From: Minisyncoccota bacterium
Lineage (GTDB): Bacteria; Patescibacteriota; Minisyncoccia; Phycocordibacterales; UBA9973
Direction of reading: 5' to 3'
Assembly (NCBI GenBank): GCA_018061145.1
Contig: JAGOUR010000001.1
Location: forward strand, 76,793-140,792
DNA length: 64,000 nucleotides
Under the pieces are notes generated by a model. That model searched no databases and was not told the origin of the DNA. It was given only the letters and a program-made list of their open reading frames with translations. How positions within the stretch are numbered: position 1 is the first letter of the stretch; each line of letters begins with the position of its first letter. The translations under genes and the position numbers were made by a program. Below, piece by piece: positions 39,577 to 48,809 of the stretch.

Positions 39577-41214
39577 TTATATTGAAATATCTCCTAAATC
39601 TTCATTTGCAAAGGAATAGTCTATCGGACAAGATATGATATGCACACCAGTACTCACCAGAGCTTTTTCTAATACAGTAGTTAATCCATCTGCGCTCTCC
39701 ACCCTGTGACCCACAGCTCCAAAGCTCTCTGCTAGTTTTACAAAATCTGGATTTTTGAAATCAAGAGAAAAAGGAGGTAAGTTCATATTCTTTTGCTTCC
39801 AGCGAATCATACCGAAACCTGAATCATCGAGTATCAATACTACCAGATTAATACCTAGTCGAACTGCAGTTTCCAAGTCCCCCAGGTTCATCATAATTCC
39901 ACCATCACCAGAAACTACGAGAACTTTTTTATCAGGATATAGGATCTTGGCTGCGATACCAGAAGATAGTCCTGCCCCCATAGTAGCCAATGCATTGTCT
40001 AGTAGAACACTATTCTGCTCACGACTGGCAAAATTCCTAGATACCCAAATCTTGTACATACCATTGTCCAATGCCAGCATACCATCACTAGGTAGTACCT
40101 TTGATATATCTGATACAATTCGCTCAGGCCTGAGTGGGAAATCATCTGCATCTGCAAATTTTTGAATATCAGCTTGCAATTCATCTCGGACTTCAAAGAA
40201 ATATTTAAAATCCCAATCTGGATTTATCTTTATACTTTCAGCGAAAGCCCATAGTGTATGAGATATATCTCCCACTACCTCCATAGTAGGCACATACACA
40301 TCATCTACTACAGCAGGATAGAAATGTACATGGATAGTTTTACATTGGTCGCCAGTTAGTATGATTGGTGGTTTTTCACTCACGTCATGACCGATCATGA
40401 TTATCAAATCTGCCTTTCGGAGAGCCTTGTGTACATAGTCCCCATCAGAGAGAGATGTTGTCCCTATATGTAAAGTAGAAGTCTCATCTTCTACCCCCTT
40501 ACCCATCTGAGTAGATACAAAAGGGATACCTGTTTTTTCCAGGAAATTATGTAATTGTTTTCGCACCAATTTTCTATTACCACCGGAAGCGACCACGATC
40601 ATGGGACTCTTTGCACTTTCGATTTCTTTCAGCGCTTCTGCTATTGATTTTTCATCTGCATTTGGACGACGCACTCTGTATCGAGGTATCGGCTGCATAT
40701 CACACACTTCTTCCGCTATGTCTTCTGGGAATTCTAGGTGTACAGCTCCAGGTCTCTCGCACTCTGCGAGCTTTACTGCCTCACGGACAGCACTTGGAAT
40801 ACGATCACTAGATATGATAGTCTGAGAGAATTTTGTTATCGGACGCATCATCTCTACCACATTTATAATCTGAAATTTTCCTTGCTTGCTTTTCTTTATT
40901 GGCTTTTGGCCTGTGATCACCAGCAGTGGTATCCCAGCTAGCTGTGCATATGCGACTCCAGTGACTAGATTGGTAGCTCCGGGCCCTAGAGTAGACAGAG
41001 CCACCCCTACAGCACCAGTTAGGCGCCCTAGTGTAGCTGCCATGAATACTGCGGCCTGCTCATTGCGAGTAGTTATGAATTTAATATTTGAAGTACGCAA
41101 TGATTCCACGAACATCAGATTCTCTTCACCTGGTACCCCAAATATGTATTCTACGCCTTCGTTCTCAAGGCATTTTACAAAAACATCTGAGGCATTATTT
41201 TCTTTCTTTATCAT
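39577..41214 (-). CDS. Acetolactate synthase-like ThDP-dependent enzyme (catabolic ALS / POX family)
   Basis: N-terminal FGVPGEENL, ThDP motif GDGG..MN, 545 aa. Confidence 0.8.
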   Translation of the reverse strand: MIKKENNASDVFVKCLENEGVEYIFGVPGEENLMFVESLRTSNIKFITTRNEQAAVFMAATLGRLTGAVGVALSTLGPGATNLVTGVAYAQLAGIPLLVITGQKPIKKSKQGKFQIINVVEMMRPITKFSQTIISSDRIPSAVREAVKLAECERPGAVHLEFPEDIAEEVCDMQPIPRYRVRRPNADEKSIAEALKEIESAKSPMIVVASGGNRKLVRKQLHNFLEKTGIPFVSTQMGKGVEDETSTLHIGTTSLSDGDYVHKALRKADLIIMIGHDVSEKPPIILTGDQCKTIHVHFYPAVVDDVYVPTMEVVGDISHTLWAFAESIKINPDWDFKYFFEVRDELQADIQKFADADDFPLRPERIVSDISKVLPSDGMLALDNGMYKIWVSRNFASREQNSVLLDNALATMGAGLSSGIAAKILYPDKKVLVVSGDGGIMMNLGDLETAVRLGINLVVLILDDSGFGMIRWKQKNMNLPPFSLDFKNPDFVKLAESFGAVGHRVESADGLTTVLEKALVSTGVHIISCPIDYSFANEDLGDISI

Positions 41215-41310
41215 GTTTATATTATATCATAACTATAAAAACCCTTATTTTGTTTACATTATTAAACAAATGTGCTATAATTATTCAAAACAAAAAACCA
41301 AACGCAAGAC

Positions 41311-41721
41311 ATGAAAAAGAAAATTGATCTTTTGGCTCAAACAACAGAGAAATCTGGCACTGATTACTTAGGTATTATTGAGTTGGAATCTTTCCGCCAC
41401 AAATGCATTTTAAATTTTAAAGGCAAAACGCAGAAAGGTAGACTACGCAAAATTGAAATCAGTAAAAATCCTCAAAATGGAAAAATGTGCCCTGTCTTGA
41501 ACGATAAAGTTCACAGATTAATTACACTCTCAATAGAGGAGAAAATTAAGATTGAAAACCTAAATTCAAACCCAAAAAATACCAACTATGGGCTAGCTAG
41601 TGGAAGTATAAAAATTGAGGAAGAAGAATACCTCATTTTTTTTGAAAATAAAAATTCACCAGCAAAGGTTCTAAATCAGAGACCACGACCATTATTGATG
41701 CAACAATCTGCATCAAGCTAA
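41311..41721 (+). CDS. Hypothetical protein (136 aa)
   Basis: ORF only. Confidence 0.4.
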   Translation: MKKKIDLLAQTTEKSGTDYLGIIELESFRHKCILNFKGKTQKGRLRKIEISKNPQNGKMCPVLNDKVHRLITLSIEEKIKIENLNSNPKNTNYGLASGSIKIEEEEYLIFFENKNSPAKVLNQRPRPLLMQQSASS

Positions 41722-41759
41722 AAAGAAAAAGCCGGCCCTTCATAGGACCGGCTTTTTTT
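41722..41759. terminator. Bidirectional terminator at the distal end of the copper operon
   Basis: AGCCGGCCCttcatagGACCGGCT followed by TTTTTTT. Confidence 0.7.
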
Positions 41760-42162
41760 ATTTAAAATCAATATTGAAATTATACATTCCCATACTACAC
41801 ATACCCGTAATAGATGTGTTTTCTTTTGGTGTACCTAAATCTATCTCTGTACTACCAGTATTTGGTAGTATCTTTTGAAAACCGATTGAACGAATCACGA
41901 GGGCAGTAGAACAATCATATGTCCCATTTGTTTTTACAATCAATTTTGTCGGAATACCAGATTTTGCTTCTGATAATCGTGGACTATATCCCCCGCGAGC
42001 ATTGATCGTGACATACTGTATGCCATCTCGTATCTCTACGTTGTTTATATTATCTGTATCTGTTTTTTCTACGACTTTTTTATTGGAAGTATTGCCTACT
42101 AATAAAATGGCAATAATTATCAGTAATGCAATACCTAGTATTATTGGAGCTGTTTTATTCAT
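41758..42162 (-). CDS. Membrane-anchored cupredoxin-like putative copper-binding protein
   Basis: N-terminal TM helix, beta-rich domain YVTINARGGYSPRLSEAKSGIPTKLIVKT, and a C-terminal Cys/Met cluster GMCSMGMYNFNIDFK resembling Cupredoxin_1-type ligands. Last gene of the copper operon. Confidence 0.55.
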   Translation of the reverse strand: MNKTAPIILGIALLIIIAILLVGNTSNKKVVEKTDTDNINNVEIRDGIQYVTINARGGYSPRLSEAKSGIPTKLIVKTNGTYDCSTALVIRSIGFQKILPNTGSTEIDLGTPKENTSITGMCSMGMYNFNIDFK

Positions 42163-42169
42163 AATAATA

Positions 42170-43168
42170 TTATATATTAATTATCGGGTTAATAATACCA
42201 AGACTAGCAAGTCCTGAAAGTAAGGCAAATAATCCGAGACCTAGTACGACTACACCTGCAGATTTAAAGAATATTGGTGCATATTTACTGTGTGCGAATG
42301 AGGCTGAACCAAATGATAGCAAAAGAAGTACTGGTAATGTACCCAGAGCAAATGCAAACATAATGAGGAGCCCAGATGTAAATGATCCACTTGAAAGCGC
42401 GACGAATTGCATTGATTGAGTAAATCCACATGGCAAAAAGAATGTTGCAAATCCTATAATTAATGGGGTGAGAGTTTTGTGTTCAATTTTTCTAAAAAAA
42501 TTAAAAATTCCAGAGTTTAAAGTAATCTTATTTTTTCTAAATACTCCAATTAAATTAAACCCCAATAGCAACATTATGATAGATGCGATAACTCCCAAGA
42601 TAGCAGTGAGTATAAAATTAATACCTATAGCATTACCTAGCAATCCTAATAACCCACCAAGCACAGCAAAAGAAACGAGCCTACCTATATGGAAAAGTAA
42701 GAAGGTTTTTTTATCACTGATATTATCTTGTGAAATTTTTGCTGACAATGACAAAACCAATCCACCGATAATTGCCAGGCAACTAGACACCGAAGCGATC
42801 AGTCCAATGAGAAAACTAGTAGTGGGGGTGACTTCCCCGCCAATACCAAAATTTAATATTCCAGATTTTTGAAGCAAAAAGAATAAAATTAAAAATACAA
42901 TTCCGATTGGTAATGCTGTCCATAAATCTTTGTGATTTTGTTTTTCTTTTTCTTTTTTCTCAGTACTCAATACATATCCATTTTCTTTTATTTTTGAATT
43001 TAAAATATTCAAAATTTCTTCTGATGTCTTTTCACTTTCAATCTCAACTGTTTCTTTTTTAAGATTTACAATTACACTCTCTATAAAATCCTGCTCGCCG
43101 ATAATATCTTCGAGGAGGATTTTACAAGATGCGCAATGAGTACCCGATACGTGATAAATATTTTTCAT
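42170..43168 (-). CDS. Heavy-metal-associated (HMA) domain fused to a DsbD/CcdA-like multi-pass membrane domain
   Basis: N-terminal HMA domain with GTHCASC, then ~8 TM segments with conserved Cys residues in separate helices (SVSSCLAIIGG and FFLPCGFTQS). Confidence 0.7.
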   Translation of the reverse strand: MKNIYHVSGTHCASCKILLEDIIGEQDFIESVIVNLKKETVEIESEKTSEEILNILNSKIKENGYVLSTEKKEKEKQNHKDLWTALPIGIVFLILFFLLQKSGILNFGIGGEVTPTTSFLIGLIASVSSCLAIIGGLVLSLSAKISQDNISDKKTFLLFHIGRLVSFAVLGGLLGLLGNAIGINFILTAILGVIASIIMLLLGFNLIGVFRKNKITLNSGIFNFFRKIEHKTLTPLIIGFATFFLPCGFTQSMQFVALSSGSFTSGLLIMFAFALGTLPVLLLLSFGSASFAHSKYAPIFFKSAGVVVLGLGLFALLSGLASLGIINPIINI

Positions 43169-43171
43169 ATA

Positions 43172-45436
43172 TTATAATTTTTTACTCTTAATACGTAATG
43201 AATTACCGACGACTGATACAGATGACATAGCCATAGCCAGTCCTGCAAATGCAGGGTTTAGTGTCCATCCAAATATCGGATAGAATACTCCAGCTGCGAG
43301 TGGTATGCCTACTATATTGTACACAAATGCCCAGAAAAGATTTTGTCTTATACCTCGCATCGTCATCTTTGATAGCTTCACTGCTTTTACAAGTTTAGAC
43401 ATATCACCATGGAGGAGTGTAATTCCGGCTGATTCTATAGCTACATCAGTGCCTGTACCCATGGCAATACCTACATCCGCCTGGGCTAGTGCTGGGGCAT
43501 CATTTACCCCATCGCCAACCATAGCCACTATCAATCCAGAATCTTGCAACTCTTTTATTTTCCCAGATTTTTCCTCTGGCATGACTTCAGACATTAGGTC
43601 ATCTATGCCAGCTTGTTTTGCTATGTATGAAGCCGCTAAATGATTGTCCCCCGTTAGCATTATTACTTTTATCCCTTTTTTATGTAGATCGGAAATTGCA
43701 TCTTTAGTCTCTTCTTTTAGAATATCTGCCAGTGCTATTAGCCCTACTTTTTTAGAATCAATTTCCACTACGATCACTGTCTTGCCCTGTGATTGTAGTT
43801 CTTTTATTTTTATATCATTTTTCTCTTCCCCACTTGGCTTGTGGATATATACGAGACTACCTCCCATTTTAGCTTTTACCCCCACACCCTCGAGCGATTG
43901 AAAATCTGAGACTTCTTCTAAAACAATTTTTTTATCTTTTGAATATACAACTACAGCTTCAGCTAGTGGGTGCTCGGATTTATTCTCGACACTAGCGGCA
44001 ATTTTTACAATTTTATTTTCATCAAAACTATTATCTAAAATTACAATATCTGTTACTTCTGGTTTTCCTTTTGTGATTGTGCCAGTCTTATCGACTACTA
44101 CAGTATTTACTTTACTTAGCATCTCCAGAGCCTCGGCGTTTTTAATCAATATTCCATTCTGTGCCCCCTTACCCACACCCACTATTATAGCTGTCGGTGT
44201 AGCCAGGCCTAGTGCACAAGGGCAAGCGATAACGAGTACTCCCACAAATGACATGAGTCCATAAGATACAGCACTTGCAAAACCAATAGTATACCCTCCG
44301 ACAATAATCCATACGATCAAAGACAGAAAAGCAATAATCAAAACTATTGGTACAAAAATACTAGATACCCTATCTGCTATCGCCTGTATTGGCGCACGAC
44401 TACCTTGAGCGTCAGAAACCATTTTGATTATTTGAGATAGGAATGTATCGTTGCCGATTTTTGTAGTTTGGAACTTAAAACTACCTTGTCTATTTATTGT
44501 TGCTCCTACTACACTGTCCCCTACTTTTTTATCTACTGGGATAGGCTCTCCTGTGATCATAGCTTCATCGACAGATGAGTAACCCTCGACTATCACACCG
44601 TCTACTGGTATTTTTGATCCTGGTTTTACAATGACTATGTCTCCTATTTTTACTTCACTGATTGCTATTTCTTTTTCTTTCCCATCGACAAAAATTAATG
44701 CAGTTTTCGCCTGCAAACCAATCAACTTTTCTATAGCTTCACCTGTGCGGAGTTTTGATCTTGCTTCAAGATATTTTCCTAAAACAATAAAACCTATTAC
44801 AACAATAGTCACATCAAAATAAGTATATTCTGGTAACTTTAGATATGTTCGCAATTCTGGAAGCAATACAATAATCACACTATAGACATACGCAGAGAGT
44901 GTGCCTATACCTATCAGAGTGTCCATATTTGCTACACGATAACGAATAAATTTTACTACTCCTTGTAAAAATGGCTGACCTATCCAGAACAATACAATAG
45001 TTGCAAGTACCATAGAGATAATATTGAATACATCCATTGGTATCGGTAGTATTGGCATAAAACTCCAGAATTTTGCCGCAATATCCCACATCATTAGAAT
45101 AAATATAAATAATGAGATAGGTAATACAAATTGCATCTTGGATCTCATTTCCAAAATTTCACTTTCTTTTTGTTCTTTTGTATCATTCATACCAGCATGG
45201 TCCCGATGATCCATATCCTGATCCATCTCCTCTACAAAAGAATACCCTAGAGGCTCGATTTCTTTATTCATATTTGAAACAGAAATTTTTGCATCATCAA
45301 ATTTGATTTGAGCTTTTTCTGTCGCAAAATTCACATTTATACTATCCACTCCATCTATTTTGGAAATTTTTTTAGTGATAATAGCCGAGCAACTAGCACA
45401 ATGCATTCCTTTTACTTTTAGTGTTTGATTAGACAT
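43172..45436 (-). CDS. copA: Copper-translocating P1B-type ATPase
   Basis: N-terminal HMA GMHCASC, CPC transduction motif ([11 protein letters not shown]), DKTGT phosphorylation site, GDGVNDAP hinge. Confidence 0.95.
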   Translation of the reverse strand: MSNQTLKVKGMHCASCSAIITKKISKIDGVDSINVNFATEKAQIKFDDAKISVSNMNKEIEPLGYSFVEEMDQDMDHRDHAGMNDTKEQKESEILEMRSKMQFVLPISLFIFILMMWDIAAKFWSFMPILPIPMDVFNIISMVLATIVLFWIGQPFLQGVVKFIRYRVANMDTLIGIGTLSAYVYSVIIVLLPELRTYLKLPEYTYFDVTIVVIGFIVLGKYLEARSKLRTGEAIEKLIGLQAKTALIFVDGKEKEIAISEVKIGDIVIVKPGSKIPVDGVIVEGYSSVDEAMITGEPIPVDKKVGDSVVGATINRQGSFKFQTTKIGNDTFLSQIIKMVSDAQGSRAPIQAIADRVSSIFVPIVLIIAFLSLIVWIIVGGYTIGFASAVSYGLMSFVGVLVIACPCALGLATPTAIIVGVGKGAQNGILIKNAEALEMLSKVNTVVVDKTGTITKGKPEVTDIVILDNSFDENKIVKIAASVENKSEHPLAEAVVVYSKDKKIVLEEVSDFQSLEGVGVKAKMGGSLVYIHKPSGEEKNDIKIKELQSQGKTVIVVEIDSKKVGLIALADILKEETKDAISDLHKKGIKVIMLTGDNHLAASYIAKQAGIDDLMSEVMPEEKSGKIKELQDSGLIVAMVGDGVNDAPALAQADVGIAMGTGTDVAIESAGITLLHGDMSKLVKAVKLSKMTMRGIRQNLFWAFVYNIVGIPLAAGVFYPIFGWTLNPAFAGLAMAMSSVSVVGNSLRIKSKKL

Positions 45437-45448
45437 ATATTTTATAGA

Positions 45449-46012
45449 TTAAATCTTGTACCATTCCATTCGGAAGTCTTGAAACAATTTCAAAGTTGTA
45501 GTTAGGAATGTATCTACAGCATCGGCATTGTTTAATATTTCAGTTCTACTTGATTTTGTTTTTATATCACTTGTCATAATCAGACCATCTTCATGGTGAG
45601 CAATGAGTGCATTTAAAAACCTCAGGTCAAATTTTTCATCATAAGCACCCAAATTTGGTACTACTGGATCTGCTACACGGCGTGTATCACCATACCAGTC
45701 CTTTTTCCATTGATACAATTCTGCTATCGCTCCCGGCTCATCTGCGAGTATTTTTGCAGATAAATCTTTCATACCTTGTCTCTGTGTAGTATTTTGAACT
45801 TGCTCTGCAAGTAGCATGGCCCCTCTGTGGTGTGAGATCATCGCATTTATATATCGCAGATCCAATGTTCGATCCGCACGACCAAAATCCATAGATGTCT
45901 TGTCATACATACTGATCTTATATTGAGGGTTTGTAGTGTATCCTATAGCGAGACCTGCTATACCTGTCACGATCATGAGTGACACTGCTAAACTTGTTGA
46001 TATTTTATTCAT
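45449..46012 (-). CDS. DUF305-family protein (copper-resistance associated), N-terminal TM anchor
   Basis: Two HH-containing helices, MISHHRGAMLLAE and LIAHHEDGLIMT. Confidence 0.75.
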   Translation of the reverse strand: MNKISTSLAVSLMIVTGIAGLAIGYTTNPQYKISMYDKTSMDFGRADRTLDLRYINAMISHHRGAMLLAEQVQNTTQRQGMKDLSAKILADEPGAIAELYQWKKDWYGDTRRVADPVVPNLGAYDEKFDLRFLNALIAHHEDGLIMTSDIKTKSSRTEILNNADAVDTFLTTTLKLFQDFRMEWYKI

Positions 46013-46036
46013 ATATTTTTAAAAAAATTAATAATT

Positions 46037-46300
46037 TTACTTTCTTTTTAATTGATAGACTTTCAAAATTTCTTTTGTGGCCTTTGTCGTCTCGCCACTC
46101 TTTATCTGATTTATCAGACAATGACCTAGATGCCCCTCCATCAATACATCCTCTACACTTGATAATCCTTTTTTAATTGCTGATGTTTGAGTGATCACAT
46201 CTATACAATATTTATCACTTTCTACCATCTTTTGAAGACCTCTCACTTGCCCTTCAATTATTTTTAGACGTCTTATTAATTTTTGTTTATTTGTGTTCAT
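46037..46300 (-). CDS. csoR: CsoR/RcnR-family metal-sensing transcriptional repressor
   Basis: LIRRLKIIEGQVRGLQKMVESDKYCIDVITQ...HLGHC carries the CsoR C-H-C ligand set. First gene of the copper operon. Confidence 0.85.
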   Translation of the reverse strand: MNTNKQKLIRRLKIIEGQVRGLQKMVESDKYCIDVITQTSAIKKGLSSVEDVLMEGHLGHCLINQIKSGETTKATKEILKVYQLKRK

Positions 46301-46306
46301 ATTCTT

Positions 46307-46334
46307 ATTATATACCCCCTGGGGGTATTGTCAA
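46307..46334 (-). promoter_or_regulatory. csoR promoter (TTGACA-N16-TATAAT) with a perfect CsoR-type operator palindrome in the spacer; leaderless
   Basis: ATACCCCC-t-GGGGGTAT lies at 46312-46328 between TTGACA (46329-46334) and TATAAT (46307-46312). The ATG begins 6 nt after the -10. Confidence 0.75.
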
Positions 46335-46385
46335 GGCAAATACAAAAATAGCCCAAAGGTTACCTTTAGGCTATTTAAGAACATC

Positions 46386-47861
46386 TTAATGCTTATCTAA
46401 ATCGAGAATTTCGTCTATGCGAATTTGATCTACGAATTCGGGTACGTGTGATACGAGGATCATCGCGCCTTCGTATTCATCGAGAGCCTTGGCGATGACT
46501 GGTAGATGACGGAAGTTGATATGGTTTGTAGGCTCATCGAGTATCAATAGTCCTGGGCGCTCTATGACCAGGCTCGCAAATGCGACCAGCCCCTTCTGGC
46601 CTTCTGATAGACTACCGATACGAGTATTGACCATATCCCCTGTGATGAGGAATGATGCTGCCGTAGCGCGGATGCGCTCTTCATCTACACGTCCGGCGTA
46701 TTTACGAGACACATCAGCGAGAGCCTCAAATACTGTATGCTCGAAATTGAGAGTCGAGAAATCTTGACGATAGTATCCGATATTTACGCCCGGAGCGATA
46801 GTCACACCTTCGGCACGATTATTTGCAAGTGCTTCCAGTAGTGTACTCTTGCCTATGCCATTTGGCCCAGCGAGAAGTAGGTGCTTGTTCTTGCGAAGTT
46901 TTACATTTACTTTTACTTGTTTTGGCTTGTGATTTTTTAAAATAGATACAGATTCAAAAGTGATAATATCACCGATCAGATCACCCTGGAATGGGATCTT
47001 GAATGGGCGGATAGTTTTATCCTCTTTTCTTACATCTACTTTTTCTTCTTCGAGATCTTCGGCTAGTTCACGCATGCGTTTTGCTACAGCACGGAGATTT
47101 CCTCCCTTCATTGCAAAGGCATTGGCCTGGTCTTTTTTAGCCTGTATCTCTTTCGATAGAAGTGCATTTTTTCTATTCTCGCGCTCCATACGAACTGCGA
47201 TCTGATCACGTACATCTGTATAGTTACCTACGTACTGCTCTATCTTTCTCGTATATACATCTAGATATAGTACTGCATCAGTAAATGAATTTAGAAAATG
47301 AGAATCGTGAGAGATGACAATAACAGTCTTTTTGTATTTCACTAGAAAATCTGTCAGGTGTGCAATACCAGCTTTGTCTAGATTATTCGTAGGCTCATCG
47401 AGCAGTAGGATATCTGGATTTTGAATAAGGGCCGATGCGAGCAGTATGCGGGCCTGCTGTCCACCAGAAAAAGAGCGCACGATTCTATCGTGAACTTTTT
47501 CATGCCCCTTTAGATTTACTACTTCCAATACCTCATCTATACGAGGATCTATGTCGTAGACTTTTTCCTTAAAACATTTAGAAAAGAATTCCCGAACAGT
47601 CAGATCAAGCTCATCCCTAGGTATGACCTGACGAGCGATAGCTATAGTTGTACGCTGAGCCAGGTGTATTTGCCCATCTTCCGGTTCATTCATCCCAGTG
47701 ATCAGAGAAAAAAGAGTACTTTTTCCAGCACCATTTTGTCCCATGATAGTCACCTTCATACCGCGACGTATAGAAAAATCCACCGCATCGAGTATCGTCT
47801 TGTTGTGCCCATATTCAAATGTGACTTTTTCAAATCTTACTACTACTTCGCCGTGAGCCAT
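46386..47861 (-). CDS. ABC-F family ATPase (tandem ABC domains, no transmembrane domain)
   Basis: Two Walker A motifs (GQNGAGKST, GPNGIGKST), two LSGGQ-like signatures, and an inter-domain linker. Confidence 0.8.
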   Translation of the reverse strand: MAHGEVVVRFEKVTFEYGHNKTILDAVDFSIRRGMKVTIMGQNGAGKSTLFSLITGMNEPEDGQIHLAQRTTIAIARQVIPRDELDLTVREFFSKCFKEKVYDIDPRIDEVLEVVNLKGHEKVHDRIVRSFSGGQQARILLASALIQNPDILLLDEPTNNLDKAGIAHLTDFLVKYKKTVIVISHDSHFLNSFTDAVLYLDVYTRKIEQYVGNYTDVRDQIAVRMERENRKNALLSKEIQAKKDQANAFAMKGGNLRAVAKRMRELAEDLEEEKVDVRKEDKTIRPFKIPFQGDLIGDIITFESVSILKNHKPKQVKVNVKLRKNKHLLLAGPNGIGKSTLLEALANNRAEGVTIAPGVNIGYYRQDFSTLNFEHTVFEALADVSRKYAGRVDEERIRATAASFLITGDMVNTRIGSLSEGQKGLVAFASLVIERPGLLILDEPTNHINFRHLPVIAKALDEYEGAMILVSHVPEFVDQIRIDEILDLDKH

Positions 47862-47902
47862 ATAGACACTTACAATACACTATTTTTCATTAAATAGAAA
47901 GC

Positions 47903-48484
47903 CTATCTTGAGTTTGAGTCTATAAATTCACTTATTTGATTTATAGCTTTATCATACTTTACCCAGAGAGATTTTTTAAACTCAGAATCAGATTGATCAG
48001 GTTCATCAGTTACAGTGGTATAACTGTATACGATATGACCATCTATTACTTTTGCTACAGGAGCACTTATATTGTCCCCTAGATATATCACATTTGTAGG
48101 CCGAAAAACACCATTTTCATTTACCACCAATACTCCGTAAAAATAATCACCATCCGAATCAGTATCATCTACTAATATAGTGGCTGCGTCTATGTCCCTG
48201 TCTTGGTCAAAATCAGAATATACAGGATCGCCAAATAATGACAAATTGCTTTTCTTGGCAGAGCTAGAGGTGTACTGATTCATGGATACACCATCTTTCA
48301 AATTAAATACTGCACCATTAATATCGTACGACATATTGGCGACATCTGGAGCATTGACTCCGGGCTTTATGGTACTACCCCTTATCAAAAGATATTCAAT
48401 TATTCCAGATATAATAATAAGCCCGACTATTACAGCGACTCCACCAAAAGTTATATGAATTGTTTTTTTAATATGATGTCTCAT
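47903..48484 (-). CDS. Hypothetical membrane-anchored exported protein
   Basis: N-terminal TM helix, then an Asp-rich segment. Confidence 0.45.
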   Translation of the reverse strand: MRHHIKKTIHITFGGVAVIVGLIIISGIIEYLLIRGSTIKPGVNAPDVANMSYDINGAVFNLKDGVSMNQYTSSSAKKSNLSLFGDPVYSDFDQDRDIDAATILVDDTDSDGDYFYGVLVVNENGVFRPTNVIYLGDNISAPVAKVIDGHIVYSYTTVTDEPDQSDSEFKKSLWVKYDKAINQISEFIDSNSR

Positions 48485-48543
48485 GTGATTAAATATAGTT
48501 ATTTATATATACAAATATTTTACCACAAATAAATTTTGCAAGA

Positions 48544-48576
48544 TAGCAAAAAAATAAAACTCCGAGTGGAGTTTTA
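48544..48576 (-). terminator. Intrinsic terminator of the small basic ORF
   Basis: AAAACTCCactcGGAGTTTT followed by ATTTTTTTG on the minus strand. Confidence 0.7.
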
Positions 48577-48705
48577 TTTTTTTCCTTTTTTATTCTTTAG
48601 AGCTTTCTTTGCAAGCATCTCTCTCTTGATAGCTAGTCTCTTTGCTGTCTTGTGAGAATGTATTGATTTTGGATGCACCCCAAGATTTGTACTTCTTTTT
48701 GCCAT
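48574..48705 (-). CDS. 43-aa highly basic small protein (ribosomal-protein-like or nucleic-acid-binding), not in the ORF track because it is under 60 aa
   Basis: Codon-by-codon translation gives MAKRSTNLGVHPKSIHSHKTAKRLAIKREMLAKKALKNKKGKK. It has its own TTGAGT-N17-TATAGT promoter at ~48745-48775 (minus strand) and a downstream terminator. Confidence 0.5.
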   Translation of the reverse strand: MAKRSTNLGVHPKSIHSHKTAKRLAIKREMLAKKALKNKKGKK

Positions 48706-48772
48706 TTCGTTAATTTTGGTTATTTAATAAGATATATAAACACTATACATCATTTTGTGTTTTTACTCAACA

Positions 48773-48806
48773 CAACAAAAAAAGGCGCTTCGTTTCCGAA
48801 GCACCT
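48773..48806 (-). terminator. Terminator after the 48810-49742 gene
   Basis: GGTGCTTCGgaaaCGAAGCGCC followed by TTTTTTTG on the minus strand. Confidence 0.65.
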
Positions 48807-48809
48807 TTT

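Noticed and set aside
46386-47861. ABC-F protein as an antibiotic-resistance (ARE) determinant
   Set aside because: At 491 aa it is short, without the long inter-domain PtIM arm typical of ARE ABC-Fs. More likely a housekeeping translation factor (EttA/Uup-like), but this cannot be resolved by eye.
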